Shown here: one piece after another, positions 1-9,600 of the stretch
Layout: the number at the start of each line of letters is the position of its first letter
How positions within the stretch are numbered: position 1 is the stretch's first letter
From: Longivirga aurantiaca
Lineage (GTDB): Bacteria; Actinomycetota; Actinomycetes; S36-B12; CAIYMF01
Assembly: GCF_042660085.1 (NCBI RefSeq)
Contig: NZ_JBHSTI010000008.1
Coordinates: 1,117,836 to 1,149,835, forward strand
Length of the DNA stretch: 32,000 nt
Direction of reading: 5' to 3'
Position numbers and translations under genes: made by a program
The notes under the pieces: model-generated
Told to the model about the DNA's origin: nothing
The model's input: only the letters and a program-made list of their open reading frames with translations
Database searches by the model: none

Positions 1-292
1 CGACCCGGACGACGTCCTCGGGCCTGACGCCGGCGAGGCGCAGGATCTCCTCGTCGATGACCCGGACGCCGTCCTCTCCGAGAGCCCCCATGGCCAGCTC
101 CGGCTGGTAGGGGACGCCGAGCTTGCGCACGACGATCACGTCGAGCGGCGCCCCGAGCTCCCGCGCCACCTGAGCGGCGACCGGCACACCACCACGAGGG
201 AGCCCGAGCACGACGAGGTCGGGGCCGCGGAACCGGGCCAGCTGCTGGGCCAGAAGACGACCGGCCTCGATACGGTCGGCGAACGCCACCAT
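1..292 (-). CDS. Phosphoribosyltransferase-family protein, C-terminus beyond window edge
   Basis: Minus-strand reading from ATG at 292 gives [82 protein letters not shown]. This is open to base 1 and has the [12 protein letters not shown] and DVIVVRKLG motifs. SD-like GGAGG lies upstream. A GTG at 295 is an alternative start. Confidence 0.85.
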   Translation of the reverse strand, partial: MVAFADRIEAGRLLAQQLARFRGPDLVVLGLPRGGVPVAAQVARELGAPLDVIVVRKLGVPYQPELAMGALGEDGVRVIDEEILRLAGVRPEDVVRV

Positions 293-587
293 CACGCACC
301 TCCCGAGCGCGTCGCACGCGTCCGGCGCGGGGGCCGTGCGGCCTCGCCCGCACCTTCATTCTGGCACCACCGAGCGGCGACATGCCCGCCCTCGCACGGG
401 GATCCCGTGCGCCGACGAGCGCCTCAGCCGCCAGCACGGTGTGGTGGCGAGCTTCTCGCGCGCGCTCACCGAGGGCCTGCACGTCGACCAGACCCAGGCC
501 GAGTTCGACGCGGCGCTCGACGCCTCGATCGCGAGCATCTTCCGCGCCTCGCTCACCTGACCCGGACCAGCGGCCGGCATCGCACGC

Positions 588-1466
588 TCAACCGGTGGGC
601 GGCGGGACGACCATCACCGGGCAGGCCGCGCCGTGGACCAGGGCGGCGGTCACCGAGCCCTGCCGCATCCCGAGGAAGTGGCCGCGTCCGTGGGCCCCGA
701 CCACGACGAGCTGAGCGGTCTGCGCTGCCTGCAGGAGCGCCGACGCCGGGTGCGCCTGGATCACGCGCATGTCGACCTCGAGGTCGGGGTAGTCGGCGCC
801 GATCTCGTCCACCATCTGCGCGGCCAGCTGCTCGGCGCCCGCCTGCAGCTCGCGGGCCAGGTCGGGCGGTGGGAGGTAGATCCCGTAGCCGGTGGGGTTG
901 AGGTCCTGCCATGCATGCACCATGAGCAGCCGCGAGCCGCGGCACGACGCCTCGTCGGCCGCAGCCCGGAGGGCGGCGTACGACGCCTTCGAGCCGTCGA
1001 CGCCCACCGCGATGGGCCCGGTCGAACGATCAGCAGTCCCGTGCACGACCACGGCGGGGCAGTGCGCCTGCGCGCTCACGTGCCGGCTGACGGAGCCGAG
1101 CAGCACCTCGGCGACGCGCGAGCGACCGCGCGCTCCGACCACCACCATGCTCGCCTCCCCGCTCGCCGTCAGCATCGCCGACGCGGGATGCCCCGCGACG
1201 TGCTGGGCCGTGACCACCAGCTCCGGCCACGCGCGTGTCACGCGGGTGACTGCGTCGTCGACGTACCCGGGGCGACCGCCCACGGTCGGGGTCGGGACCG
1301 CGGGAACGCCCGGCGTGACCGCCACCCAGTTGGGCTCGATCACGGTGAGCACGACGAGCGGCAGGCGGCGGAGCGCCGCCTCGTGGGCCGCCCAGTCCAC
1401 GGCGGCGGTGGCTCCCGGGGACCCGTCCGTGCCGACGATGATCGGGAGTCTCGACCTGGTCATCAC
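588..1466 (-). CDS. Universal stress protein with two tandem Usp domains
   Basis: 292 aa. Domain 1 IIVGTDGSPGATAAVDWAAHEA with VVGARGRSRVAEVLLGSVSRHVSAQAHCPAVVV. Domain 2 IAVGVDGSKASYAALRAAADEA with VVGAHGRGHFLGMRQGSVTAALVHGAACPVMVV. SD GAGGAGG precedes GTG(1466)/ATG(1463). Confidence 0.93.
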   Translation of the reverse strand: MMTRSRLPIIVGTDGSPGATAAVDWAAHEAALRRLPLVVLTVIEPNWVAVTPGVPAVPTPTVGGRPGYVDDAVTRVTRAWPELVVTAQHVAGHPASAMLTASGEASMVVVGARGRSRVAEVLLGSVSRHVSAQAHCPAVVVHGTADRSTGPIAVGVDGSKASYAALRAAADEASCRGSRLLMVHAWQDLNPTGYGIYLPPPDLARELQAGAEQLAAQMVDEIGADYPDLEVDMRVIQAHPASALLQAAQTAQLVVVGAHGRGHFLGMRQGSVTAALVHGAACPVMVVPPPTG

Positions 1467-1467
1467 G

Positions 1468-1493
1468 CACCTCCTCGAGGAGGTGGCGCCACC
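1468..1493 (-). promoter_or_regulatory. Adjacent perfect palindromes covering the universal stress protein ribosome-binding site
   Basis: CACCTCCTCGAGGAGGTG (1468-1485, 18-nt perfect) and GGTGGCGCCACC (1482-1493, 12-nt perfect), overlapping the SD GGAGG. Confidence 0.6.
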
Positions 1494-1600
1494 ATCGGGA
1501 GCCGACGCGGGCGTCCTGCTCCTCTACCCCGATTCTGCGCCCGCCGACATGCGGATGCCACAGCAGGAGGGCTCGCAACCGCGTCGAGGCGCGTAGGTGG

Positions 1601-1764
1601 GTGGCGGATCCGTCGCAGGGCGCACGCTGGCTACCCGGGTAACCAGCGAGGCGCGTAGGTGGGTGGCGGATCCGTCGCAGGGCGCACGCTGGCTACCGGG
1701 GTAACCAGCGAGGCTCGTGGGTGAGTGCGGAATCTGTCGCAGAGCGCACGCTGGTTACCCGGGT
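1601..1764. repeat. Three tandem copies of the GTGCGG...GCGCACGCTGGTTACCCGGGTAAC intergenic element
   Basis: Units at 1601-1643, 1663-1705 and 1723-1764 (third with a truncated palindrome). Start-to-start spacing is 62 then 60 bp. Confidence 0.9.
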
Positions 1765-1781
1765 TGGCGGGTGCGAGGCGG

Positions 1782-2723
1782 CTACTCCGCGGCCAGGGTG
1801 CGCAGCTCGGCGATGGCCTTGCCCGCAGTCCTGAGGTAGTACCACGGCCAGTCCTGGATGCGGTCGCCGAGCGCGTCGATCTGGTGTGCGCCCTCGGCCT
1901 TGTTCTCGCTCACGTACGACGTCATCGCGAAGGTGTTGCGGGCGATGACTCCGGCGGCGTCGTCGGGGAAGCCGGGCAGCCACGAGGAGGCCGCGGCGTC
2001 AGCGAGCTCCTGTGCGACGGCCGCCGAGGAGATGTAGCCGCGCGGAGGCTTGCCGCTGACCCAGTACTCGAGGTGCGCGATGCCGATCAGCTCGTTGAGC
2101 GGCGACGGCGCGGAGGTGTCGCGGTGCTCCCGGGCGAACGCGAACATCTGCTCGTGGCTGCCGCTCCACTTCTCGCAGATGCCCTGCAGCGCCTGCTCGT
2201 GCAGGGCGAGGAACGACTGCCCGCCCGCCGCGACACCGCGGTCGAACCGGGCCCTTACCTCCGACGGGCCGTACTGCAGACCACGGCCGAGGAGTACGGC
2301 GGTGCACCACGACAGGGGAGCGCTCGCCCACGGGGTGAGCGCAGGCTGCAGCACCCGCTCGGCCGCCTCGAGGTAGCCGAAGAACCCCTCGAACTTGCGG
2401 GCGCCGACCGTCTCGGCCATCCCGTGGCCGCGGATCGCCCAGCCGGCCTGCACGAGCGCCTGCGCGTAGACGGTCGAGGCGAACGGGTCGTCCTGCTTCG
2501 TGTCGTACCACGCCTGGATGCGGTCGAGGTCGGCCGCGTCGTTCATCCGCGTCAGCGCCGCGTGGATGTCGTCGAGGCTCTCGGCACGGGCGGCGATGCC
2601 CTCGAACTGCGCGATCTCGCCCGCCTTGCCCGCCGCCAGGGCCTCGGTGACCGTCGCGATCCCGAGGTCGGGGCTCTCCACGAACCTGGTGCTCGGCTTG
2701 GACGTGCGCGAGAACAGACCCAC
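1782..2723 (-). CDS. Hypothetical protein, about 313 aa
   Basis: Long open frame with GTG start (GGGGGAAG upstream) and ordinary globular composition (MGLFSRTSKPSTRFVESPDLGIATVTEALAAGKAGEIAQFE...). No family recognised. Confidence 0.75.
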   Translation of the reverse strand: MGLFSRTSKPSTRFVESPDLGIATVTEALAAGKAGEIAQFEGIAARAESLDDIHAALTRMNDAADLDRIQAWYDTKQDDPFASTVYAQALVQAGWAIRGHGMAETVGARKFEGFFGYLEAAERVLQPALTPWASAPLSWCTAVLLGRGLQYGPSEVRARFDRGVAAGGQSFLALHEQALQGICEKWSGSHEQMFAFAREHRDTSAPSPLNELIGIAHLEYWVSGKPPRGYISSAAVAQELADAAASSWLPGFPDDAAGVIARNTFAMTSYVSENKAEGAHQIDALGDRIQDWPWYYLRTAGKAIAELRTLAAE

Positions 2724-2828
2724 GACTTCCCCCTTCGATGTGCGGCCGATCGTAGGGCGCGGGCTCCGCTCAGGCGTGGTTCGGCGTACGTCGGGTGTCG
2801 AGCGTGTTCCGGGGCGCGCGCTCGGCGT

Positions 2829-2901
2829 ACCCGGGTAACGGGAAAGGGGCGTAGCTGAGTGCCGAATCCGTCCCAGAGCGCACGCTGGTTACCCGGGTAA
2901 C
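2829..2901. repeat. Intergenic palindromic element flanked by two ACCCGGGTAAC palindromes
   Basis: TACCCGGGTAAC at 2829, then GAGTGCCGAATCCGTCCCAGAGCGCACGCTGGTTACCCGGGTAAC ending at 2901. Confidence 0.88.
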
Positions 2902-2907
2902 GGCCGA

Positions 2908-2975
2908 TCAGTCGGTGGGGAGCGCGGGGCGGTGCATCACGGCCCAGGTGGGCGCGACCTCGACGCGGTCGTGGT
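2908..2975 (-). pseudogene. 3' remnant of a PPOX-like gene (PTWAVMHRPALPTD tail)
   Basis: Reverse strand encodes RVEVAPTWAVMHRPALPTD*, matching the C-terminus MEVTPTWAVMHRPALAGD* of the intact gene at 14129..14452. No coherent N-terminal part was seen. Confidence 0.6.
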
Positions 2976-3161
2976 AAGCCTTCGCGTCGCCGTCGCCGCG
3001 ACCTCGACCGCGCACCTCACGGGTTCCCGCCGTCGCATCGGGGTCGCCCAGCCTGCTGGCGGCGGACGCCCGGACCGACGCGTGGGGCACCCCGGGCAAA
3101 TGCCCGATGCGGCCCCGAGCCGGCGTCCCTAGCGTCGCGGCGAGGTCGGGGAGGCTCAACG

Positions 3162-6100
3162 ATGATGGGACGAACAGTGCGGGGCAGTCGGGCACGGGGT
3201 CGTACGGCTGGATCACCTCTTCGTCGCGGCGTGGTGGGCGCCTGCGTCCTCGCCCTCACCGCGTCGTTGCTGTCGATGACAGGGGCAGGCAGCGCGGTGG
3301 GTGCCTCCCTTCCCGCGGCCGTGGTCGCACCTCAGGCCGTGGACGCCGCTGCTGCCGTCCCGGCCAACGTGACCGTCGGGCGAGGGCACGCCTGCGCCCT
3401 CATGGCGACCGGATACGTGTGGTGCTGGGGGCGCAACGACCGCGGCCAGCTCGGCTACCCGAGCGCGACGACCCCCGGCGAGCCGCGCCCGGTGCCCGGC
3501 ATCTCCACGGCGGTGCAGGTGGTCGCCGGCGATCTGCACACCTGCGCCCGGCTCACCGATGGCACGGTGAAGTGCTGGGGGGCCAACGGTTCGGGTCAGC
3601 TCGGCAACGCCTTGACCGTCGACAGCTCGGCGCCGGTCGCAGCGATTGGGCTCTCGGGGGTCACCGATCTCACGGCTGGACGGGCGCACACGTGTGCCGT
3701 CGCGAACGGCCTCGTCTCGTGCTGGGGATCGAACGGGTTCGGCCAGCTCGGGCTCGGCAGTGTGCGCGAAGCGCGCCTCGGCCTGACCCAGTTGGCGCAG
3801 TTCTATGCGATCGGCGTCGGTTCGAACGCCACGGACGACAACGGGGACCTCGTGCTCTCCGACGCAGCGACCAACGGCACGCTCGGCAGCGGATCGGTCG
3901 TCCGGTACGGCGACGACGGCGTGATCAAGTCGTTCTGGAGCATCCCCGGAAGCACTCTCGTAGGTGGCGTCGCAACCGCCCGCGACGGGTCGCGCACCTA
4001 CGTCGCCAGCGCGTTCCCGGGTCAGGCCGTGGTCTGGGTGCTGTCCGGTACGACGACGATCGAACGCACGTGGAGCCTGGTGAGCAGCGTCCCGGGCTGC
4101 GTGACTGCGAGCTGCAGCGTCGTCGGCCTGACCACCGACGCCAACGGCACGGTCTACGCCGCGGTTCAGCGGTTCGATGGGGCCGGCGTCTCTCGAGCCT
4201 CGTTCATCGCGTCGGCGTCGAAGGAGGGACTCCCGCTCGGCGTGACCGATGTGACCGCTCAGATGACCGTCATCTCCGACGTCACCTGGGTCCCGGGGGC
4301 GAACCGGGGGACGGTGTGGGTGCTCGGTACCAACCTGGTCAACCCGTCGCCCTTCAACCCGTCACCCACCCTGTCGTCCTTCGCCATCCCGGCCACCGCC
4401 GGCTCGTCCCTGGTCTTCCTCAACAAGAAGTCGGCGTACGCCGCGGTGGAGAGCTGCGTGCCCTCGGAGGATTACGTGCTGGCGGATCAGACGACGCTCA
4501 GCGGCACTGCCTTCTACCGCCACCGACACACGTACCCGCTCGTCAACAGCCTCCGCCTCGGAACCGCAGCGGACGGCCAGCTGCTGCTCTCGGCCGACTA
4601 CTCCCAGGGCCGGCGTCTGGAGAACACCTTCACGACCAACCCTGCGGCCCCGGTGGACATCCAGACCAACTACACCAACGAGACGCCTGCCGAGGTCGCA
4701 GACTGCGTGATGGTCGTGGACCCCGCGGCCTCGTCAACGCAGGCAGCCAGCGTGGTCTTCACGGTCCGGGGCAGCGCGGGCGATCTCACGGATCTCCGGA
4801 AGCCGTTGGACGCAACGGAGTCCGGTGATGGCGGCATCATCGTCTCCGACCCCTCGTACGCCGCTGCCAGCCCCGCGAGGCTCCAGCGCTTCAACGCGGT
4901 GGGCTCGGTCACTCAGTGGGGCCGGGTGCCGATCCGCACGATCCCGACGCCGCTGATGCCGTTGCAGGCCCTGCAGCCCGGGCAGGCTGCACCGACCATG
5001 AGCAGCGTGTTCGCGGGTGCGCATCACACGTGCGCTTCCGGCGTCGTGAACGGCCAGCCGACCACGCTGTGCTGGGGCAGCAGCTCCTCCGGCCAGACGG
5101 GATGGCCCGCCTCGGGCGCGTCGGCCCTGCGCTTCGGCCTCCCTCCGTCGGACACCGGCGACCAGAGCAGCTTCCCGATCGCCATGCCCGTGATCGGCGC
5201 CGGAGTGGGCAGCGGCGGTCTGGCGCACACGTGCATCGCCCAGAACGGGTCGCCTCGTCAGATGACCTGCTGGGGCGCCAACGACAGCGGCCAGACGCGG
5301 CTCAACACGGTCGAGGGCGACATCTGGCGGAACGGCGGCACTCCCACGACCGTGCCGGTGACCGAGCTGGACTCAGGCGACCTCACCACGTGCACGATCG
5401 AGTCCACCGACCTGAAGCGCGTGCAGTGCTACGGATCGGACGCTTACGGGCAGACCTCGGTGCGTCCGGGCGCGTGCCTGAACAACCTGGACTTCGTGCA
5501 GACGGCCGGCTGCCAGCAGGTCGGTGGAGCGATGCACATCTCCGCCGGGCCTACCACGACGTGCGCTGCGACCGCCACCGGCATCGTCTGCTGGGGCGAC
5601 AACGCGTGGGGGACTCTGGCGACGTATGGCTCGCCTCTGGGCGCCGTCGGCGTCCCGCTCGAGGTGCCGAGCACGTTCATCGTGAGCGCCCCCGCGACGC
5701 TCGATGGAAGCCTCGTGGCGCGGTTCGGCACCAACCTGGACGCGCTCGACGCCACGACCGACGTGGTGCTCCGCGTCAAGGGATCGGCGAGTGCCCTGGC
5801 AAGCACGAAGAGTGTGTCGGCCGACCGTCGGACAGTGAGCATCAAGCCGGCAGCGCCACTCGTCGCCGGGCAGCAGTACGAAGTCGCAGTCAACACCGGC
5901 AGCGCCACAGCGCTCACCTCCGGCGGCCTGCCGCTGACCCCGTCCGTGGTGAGTGCCAGAGCCGCGACGGCGCTGGGTGACACCAGCCCGGCCAATACGG
6001 CGGCCTGGCCAAAGGTCAGCAGCAGCACAGCCCTGGGGGGCTCGTACGTGACGGAGCGGACGGCAGGAGCATCCGCGAAGTTCGCGTTCACGGGCAGCTC

Positions 6101-6680
6101 CGTCGCCCTGCTGACGCGCAAGGGGCCGAGCCAGGGCAAGGTCGTGGTCTCGGTCGGCGCGGTATCCAAGACGTTGGACCTGTACTCCGCCACTGCCGTC
6201 AACCGGTTCAAGGTCGCCCTCACCGGTCTCGGCGCCGGCCCCCACACGCTGACGGTCAAGGTGCTGGGCACCCGCAACACCAGGTCGACGGGCACCTCGG
6301 TGGCGATCGACGGGTTCTCGGTGGGAGCGGTCACCTCGGCCACGCCGACCTTGACTCCTTCCTGGGCAGCTGTGTCCTCCTCGACCGCTTCGGCGAAGCG
6401 ATACGTCCGCTCCCAGCAGGCAGGCGCCACGTACACGGTCACGTTCCGCGGCACACGCATCAACTGGCTGACGTTCGTAGGCCCCGACTTCGGTGACGCC
6501 AAGGTCGTGATCGACGGGAAGGCGAAGGGGACGTTCGCGCTCTACGCGACGGCCACGAAGGCCCGCACGGTCGCCTTCACGGGGCTGACCGACGCGGTGC
6601 ACAAGCTGACCGTCACCGTCGCGGGCACGGGCACGGGCACCAAGGACTTCGTCGCAGTCGACGGTTGGACCGTCTCATGA
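3162..6680 (+). CDS. Large secreted RCC1-repeat protein (1172 aa) with a long insertion between RCC1 blades, an Ig-like region and two C-terminal beta-rich repeats
   Basis: N-terminal signal-peptide-like segment (RRGVVGACVLALTASLLSMTGAGSAVGA). Repeated RCC1 signatures: GRGHACALMATGYVWCWGRNDRGQLG, AGDLHTCARLTDGTVKCWGANGSGQLG, AGRAHTCAVANGLVSCWGSNGFGQLG, GAHHTCASG..CWGSSSSGQTG, GLAHTC..CWGANDSGQT, and others. SD GGGGAGG precedes ATG 3162. Confidence 0.88.
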   Translation: MMGRTVRGSRARGRTAGSPLRRGVVGACVLALTASLLSMTGAGSAVGASLPAAVVAPQAVDAAAAVPANVTVGRGHACALMATGYVWCWGRNDRGQLGYPSATTPGEPRPVPGISTAVQVVAGDLHTCARLTDGTVKCWGANGSGQLGNALTVDSSAPVAAIGLSGVTDLTAGRAHTCAVANGLVSCWGSNGFGQLGLGSVREARLGLTQLAQFYAIGVGSNATDDNGDLVLSDAATNGTLGSGSVVRYGDDGVIKSFWSIPGSTLVGGVATARDGSRTYVASAFPGQAVVWVLSGTTTIERTWSLVSSVPGCVTASCSVVGLTTDANGTVYAAVQRFDGAGVSRASFIASASKEGLPLGVTDVTAQMTVISDVTWVPGANRGTVWVLGTNLVNPSPFNPSPTLSSFAIPATAGSSLVFLNKKSAYAAVESCVPSEDYVLADQTTLSGTAFYRHRHTYPLVNSLRLGTAADGQLLLSADYSQGRRLENTFTTNPAAPVDIQTNYTNETPAEVADCVMVVDPAASSTQAASVVFTVRGSAGDLTDLRKPLDATESGDGGIIVSDPSYAAASPARLQRFNAVGSVTQWGRVPIRTIPTPLMPLQALQPGQAAPTMSSVFAGAHHTCASGVVNGQPTTLCWGSSSSGQTGWPASGASALRFGLPPSDTGDQSSFPIAMPVIGAGVGSGGLAHTCIAQNGSPRQMTCWGANDSGQTRLNTVEGDIWRNGGTPTTVPVTELDSGDLTTCTIESTDLKRVQCYGSDAYGQTSVRPGACLNNLDFVQTAGCQQVGGAMHISAGPTTTCAATATGIVCWGDNAWGTLATYGSPLGAVGVPLEVPSTFIVSAPATLDGSLVARFGTNLDALDATTDVVLRVKGSASALASTKSVSADRRTVSIKPAAPLVAGQQYEVAVNTGSATALTSGGLPLTPSVVSARAATALGDTSPANTAAWPKVSSSTALGGSYVTERTAGASAKFAFTGSSVALLTRKGPSQGKVVVSVGAVSKTLDLYSATAVNRFKVALTGLGAGPHTLTVKVLGTRNTRSTGTSVAIDGFSVGAVTSATPTLTPSWAAVSSSTASAKRYVRSQQAGATYTVTFRGTRINWLTFVGPDFGDAKVVIDGKAKGTFALYATATKARTVAFTGLTDAVHKLTVTVAGTGTGTKDFVAVDGWTVS

Positions 6681-9600
6681 GCACCGCAACCCGTGTCCGC
6701 CTCACCTCGAAGGGCTCCATGCCGATGTCTCGCTTCACCGCCCTCCTCTGCGTGGGTGTGATGCTGTCCCTCGGGCTGGGTGCGGCGTCCTCCTACTCCT
6801 CTGGCGCCGAGGCGGCGACCGCAACGGCGACCGCGGCGGTTGTCCCAGCGGCGGCACCGGCGCCGGGCAGCGAGTGCCTCGATGACGTGACCGGCGAGTC
6901 CGAGCCGTGCGACTTCGGGATGGAGCCGGTGCGCTTCCCGTCCGGTCGCACGATCGGCGAGTACGAGAGCGCGGTGCTGACCCGCAGCGCGGCCAACCGC
7001 GCCTCGACCGTGTCGATGAACGACTTCACCACCGGGGTCCTGCTCGGCTCCTGCGTCCCTGACGTCGCATCGTGCGGCCTGGACAACCGCGTCCGAGTCG
7101 GCGACGACGGCCCGTTGTACACGGACGCGACCCCGGTCCTCCCGTCGTCGGCGTCGACCACCGTCGGTGACACCGCCGTGGCGAAGGCCGACTTCAATGG
7201 CGACGGCCGCGAGGACGTCGTCACTGCGGCGCTGTGCCCCGTGCTGGGAGGCGGCACGCCGAGCGAGATCTGCCTTCGGGCGTACGACCCTGACACGGAC
7301 TCGTGGTCGTCGTGGAGCCCGACGGGTCTGGTGGCGGACTCGGTGAAGGCCGTGGGACGCATCAAGCTCGCTGCCGGACGGATCGCGCAGACGACGGCGA
7401 AGGTGACGGGAGCGTCCTTCACCACGTCGGCTGACGGCTCGAACCTCCTCATGCGCCTCACGACGGACATCCCCCACCGCCTCACCACGAGCGATGCGCT
7501 GCGGTTCGACGCGGCCGGCGTGGCCGAGCTTGCTTCCGCGCTGTGCCTTCCGGCCGATGACGACGGCACCGAGCCGTTGTGCGCGGGAGATCTCGCCGAG
7601 GGGCTGTGGCCGATCGAGTCGATCGCGACCGATCGCCTCTCCTTCGTCGTGGCACTGGGGACGCTTCAGGACGCGAGCGCCACGGCGACCTGCCCTCCGG
7701 AGGGCTTCCGCTGCCTCGCGGACGGCACCCGTGAGCCCTTGGACTGGAGCAGCGACACCGGGTTCGGCGTCACGGGGACCAACCAGGGCCTCGCCGTGGC
7801 CTGGGTCGCGCCTTCGGCCTCGGTGCAGCTCGCGACGTTCATCGTCCGACTGGGCACGACGGCGCCGTTCTCTCTCAGCGACGTCCACTCCGTCGGTGTG
7901 AGCACAGGTGCCCGACAGCCGCTCGACGTCGTGACGGGGGACTTCAACGGGGGAGCCCCCGACGAGATCGCAGTCGGCTTCGGCAGCACCTGCACCGGCC
8001 TTGCCTGCCTGCGCGTGCGCATCTTCCGCTGGAACGACTCCAAGCAGCTGGTCCCTGTCGGAGCGGCCAACGCACCCGCGGATGCTCCGAAGATGTCCGG
8101 AAACGCGAATCTGACCGTGTCGTCCGTCTCCCTCGCGTCCGGGCGGCTCACCAAGGCTGCCGGGACCAACCTCGACGGCGACGACCTGCTCGTCGCCGTC
8201 CAGAGCACCAGCGGAACGATCGGGTGCCCGGTGCTGCAGGCGTGCATGGCCAGGTACGCCATCACGTACGACGTCGCAGGGGACTTCGTCCCGAAGGCAG
8301 CTGCAACCACGCTGATCGAGACGGGCAGCGAGGGTCTGGTCGCTTCCCGGTACTCGTTCGTGGCCGCCGCCGCCGACTTCGACGGTGACGGCATGGACGA
8401 CCCGGTCATCGGGAGGACCACGACCCAGCTCCTCGGCACTACCGAGAGCCGGGCCGCCTTCACGGTGATCACGACCCTGTCGTCGACAGGCACCCGCCTG
8501 ACGTTCAACGGGGACGACGACATGCGCGCTGTCGGTGTCGGCGGCTCAGGACAGCTGGCGCTCGCAGCCGGGCAGGTCGGGTCTCTCGAGGACGCGAGCA
8601 GCCAAGGCTTCCCGAACGCGATCAACCCCGACATCGTCCTCGCGTGGACCTGCGTAGACACGGCCTCGTGCGGAGCTTCGGCGAGCGGCTCCAGCGTCGC
8701 CATCCTGCCGATCGCCGTGAAGATCCAGGCGACGCCTGAGTTCTTCCCCAAGGGCAAGGACAAGCTCAGCCCGAGCGACGACGGCGGCATCCCGAGCGTC
8801 CTGCCCGCGGCGCCGCTCCCTGCGACGTACAACGCGATCACGAGCGAGGCGACGCACGTGGCGCTCGCCCTGCCCGACCTGGATGCGGACAGCCAGACGC
8901 TGGGGACGCCTGTCACCTACGTGACCGTCGGCGAGGTCCGGCCCCTCATGATCCTGCGCTCGCCGCCCGTCCACTTCGACGCGTTCCCGGCGCTCATCAC
9001 GAACGACGGCAAGGTCTCCTTCACCGAGACCCGAGACACCAACGGGTGCTTCGGCGCGAAGACTCCGTCCGACTGCGACGTCGCCACCGTGTACTCGTCG
9101 ACGTCGACGCTCACCAGCTCGATCGCAGGAAGCATCAACAACTCGTGGGGCATCGGGGGATCGGTCGGCTTCAACACATGGTTCGGCGATACCAAGGAGA
9201 CGAAGGCCGGCGTCACGAAGTGCCAGACCGGTGTCTGCGCCGAGCTGACCGTCCTGCTGGAGACCGAGTACAACGGGGAGCAGGCCGACACCACCAAGGC
9301 CGGCACCAACTTCACGTACTCGTTCAGCAAGACCGCTCTCGCCGGCTCCGACGAGGTTCTCGCCTTCACCGCAGCGACCGAGACGACCGAGTACCCGATC
9401 TACCCCGGCACGTCCGTCTTCGGTGGCGAGCTCGAGCCGGGGCGGTACGTCCGCGTCGACAGCCCCGTCCAGTCGACGCTGGCATGGCGCAGCGCGACCG
9501 ACCCGGAGATCACCTCGAGCGGCTGGCAGCACTCGGTGCCGGGCAACATCCTCTCCTACCCCAAGTCCGCGAACACGCTCCCGACCGACACGAAGGCGGT

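Noticed and set aside
1591-1764. CRISPR-like array of about 62-bp periodic repeats
   Set aside because: The supposed spacers are themselves conserved between units, there are only three units here, and the same unit is scattered at many loci with no cas genes.
3107-4828. 573-aa plus ORF and the minus ORFs at 5373..6602 and 6542..7888
   Set aside because: Shadow frames of the RCC1 and FG-GAP-like genes. Composition is not protein-like and no motifs were seen.
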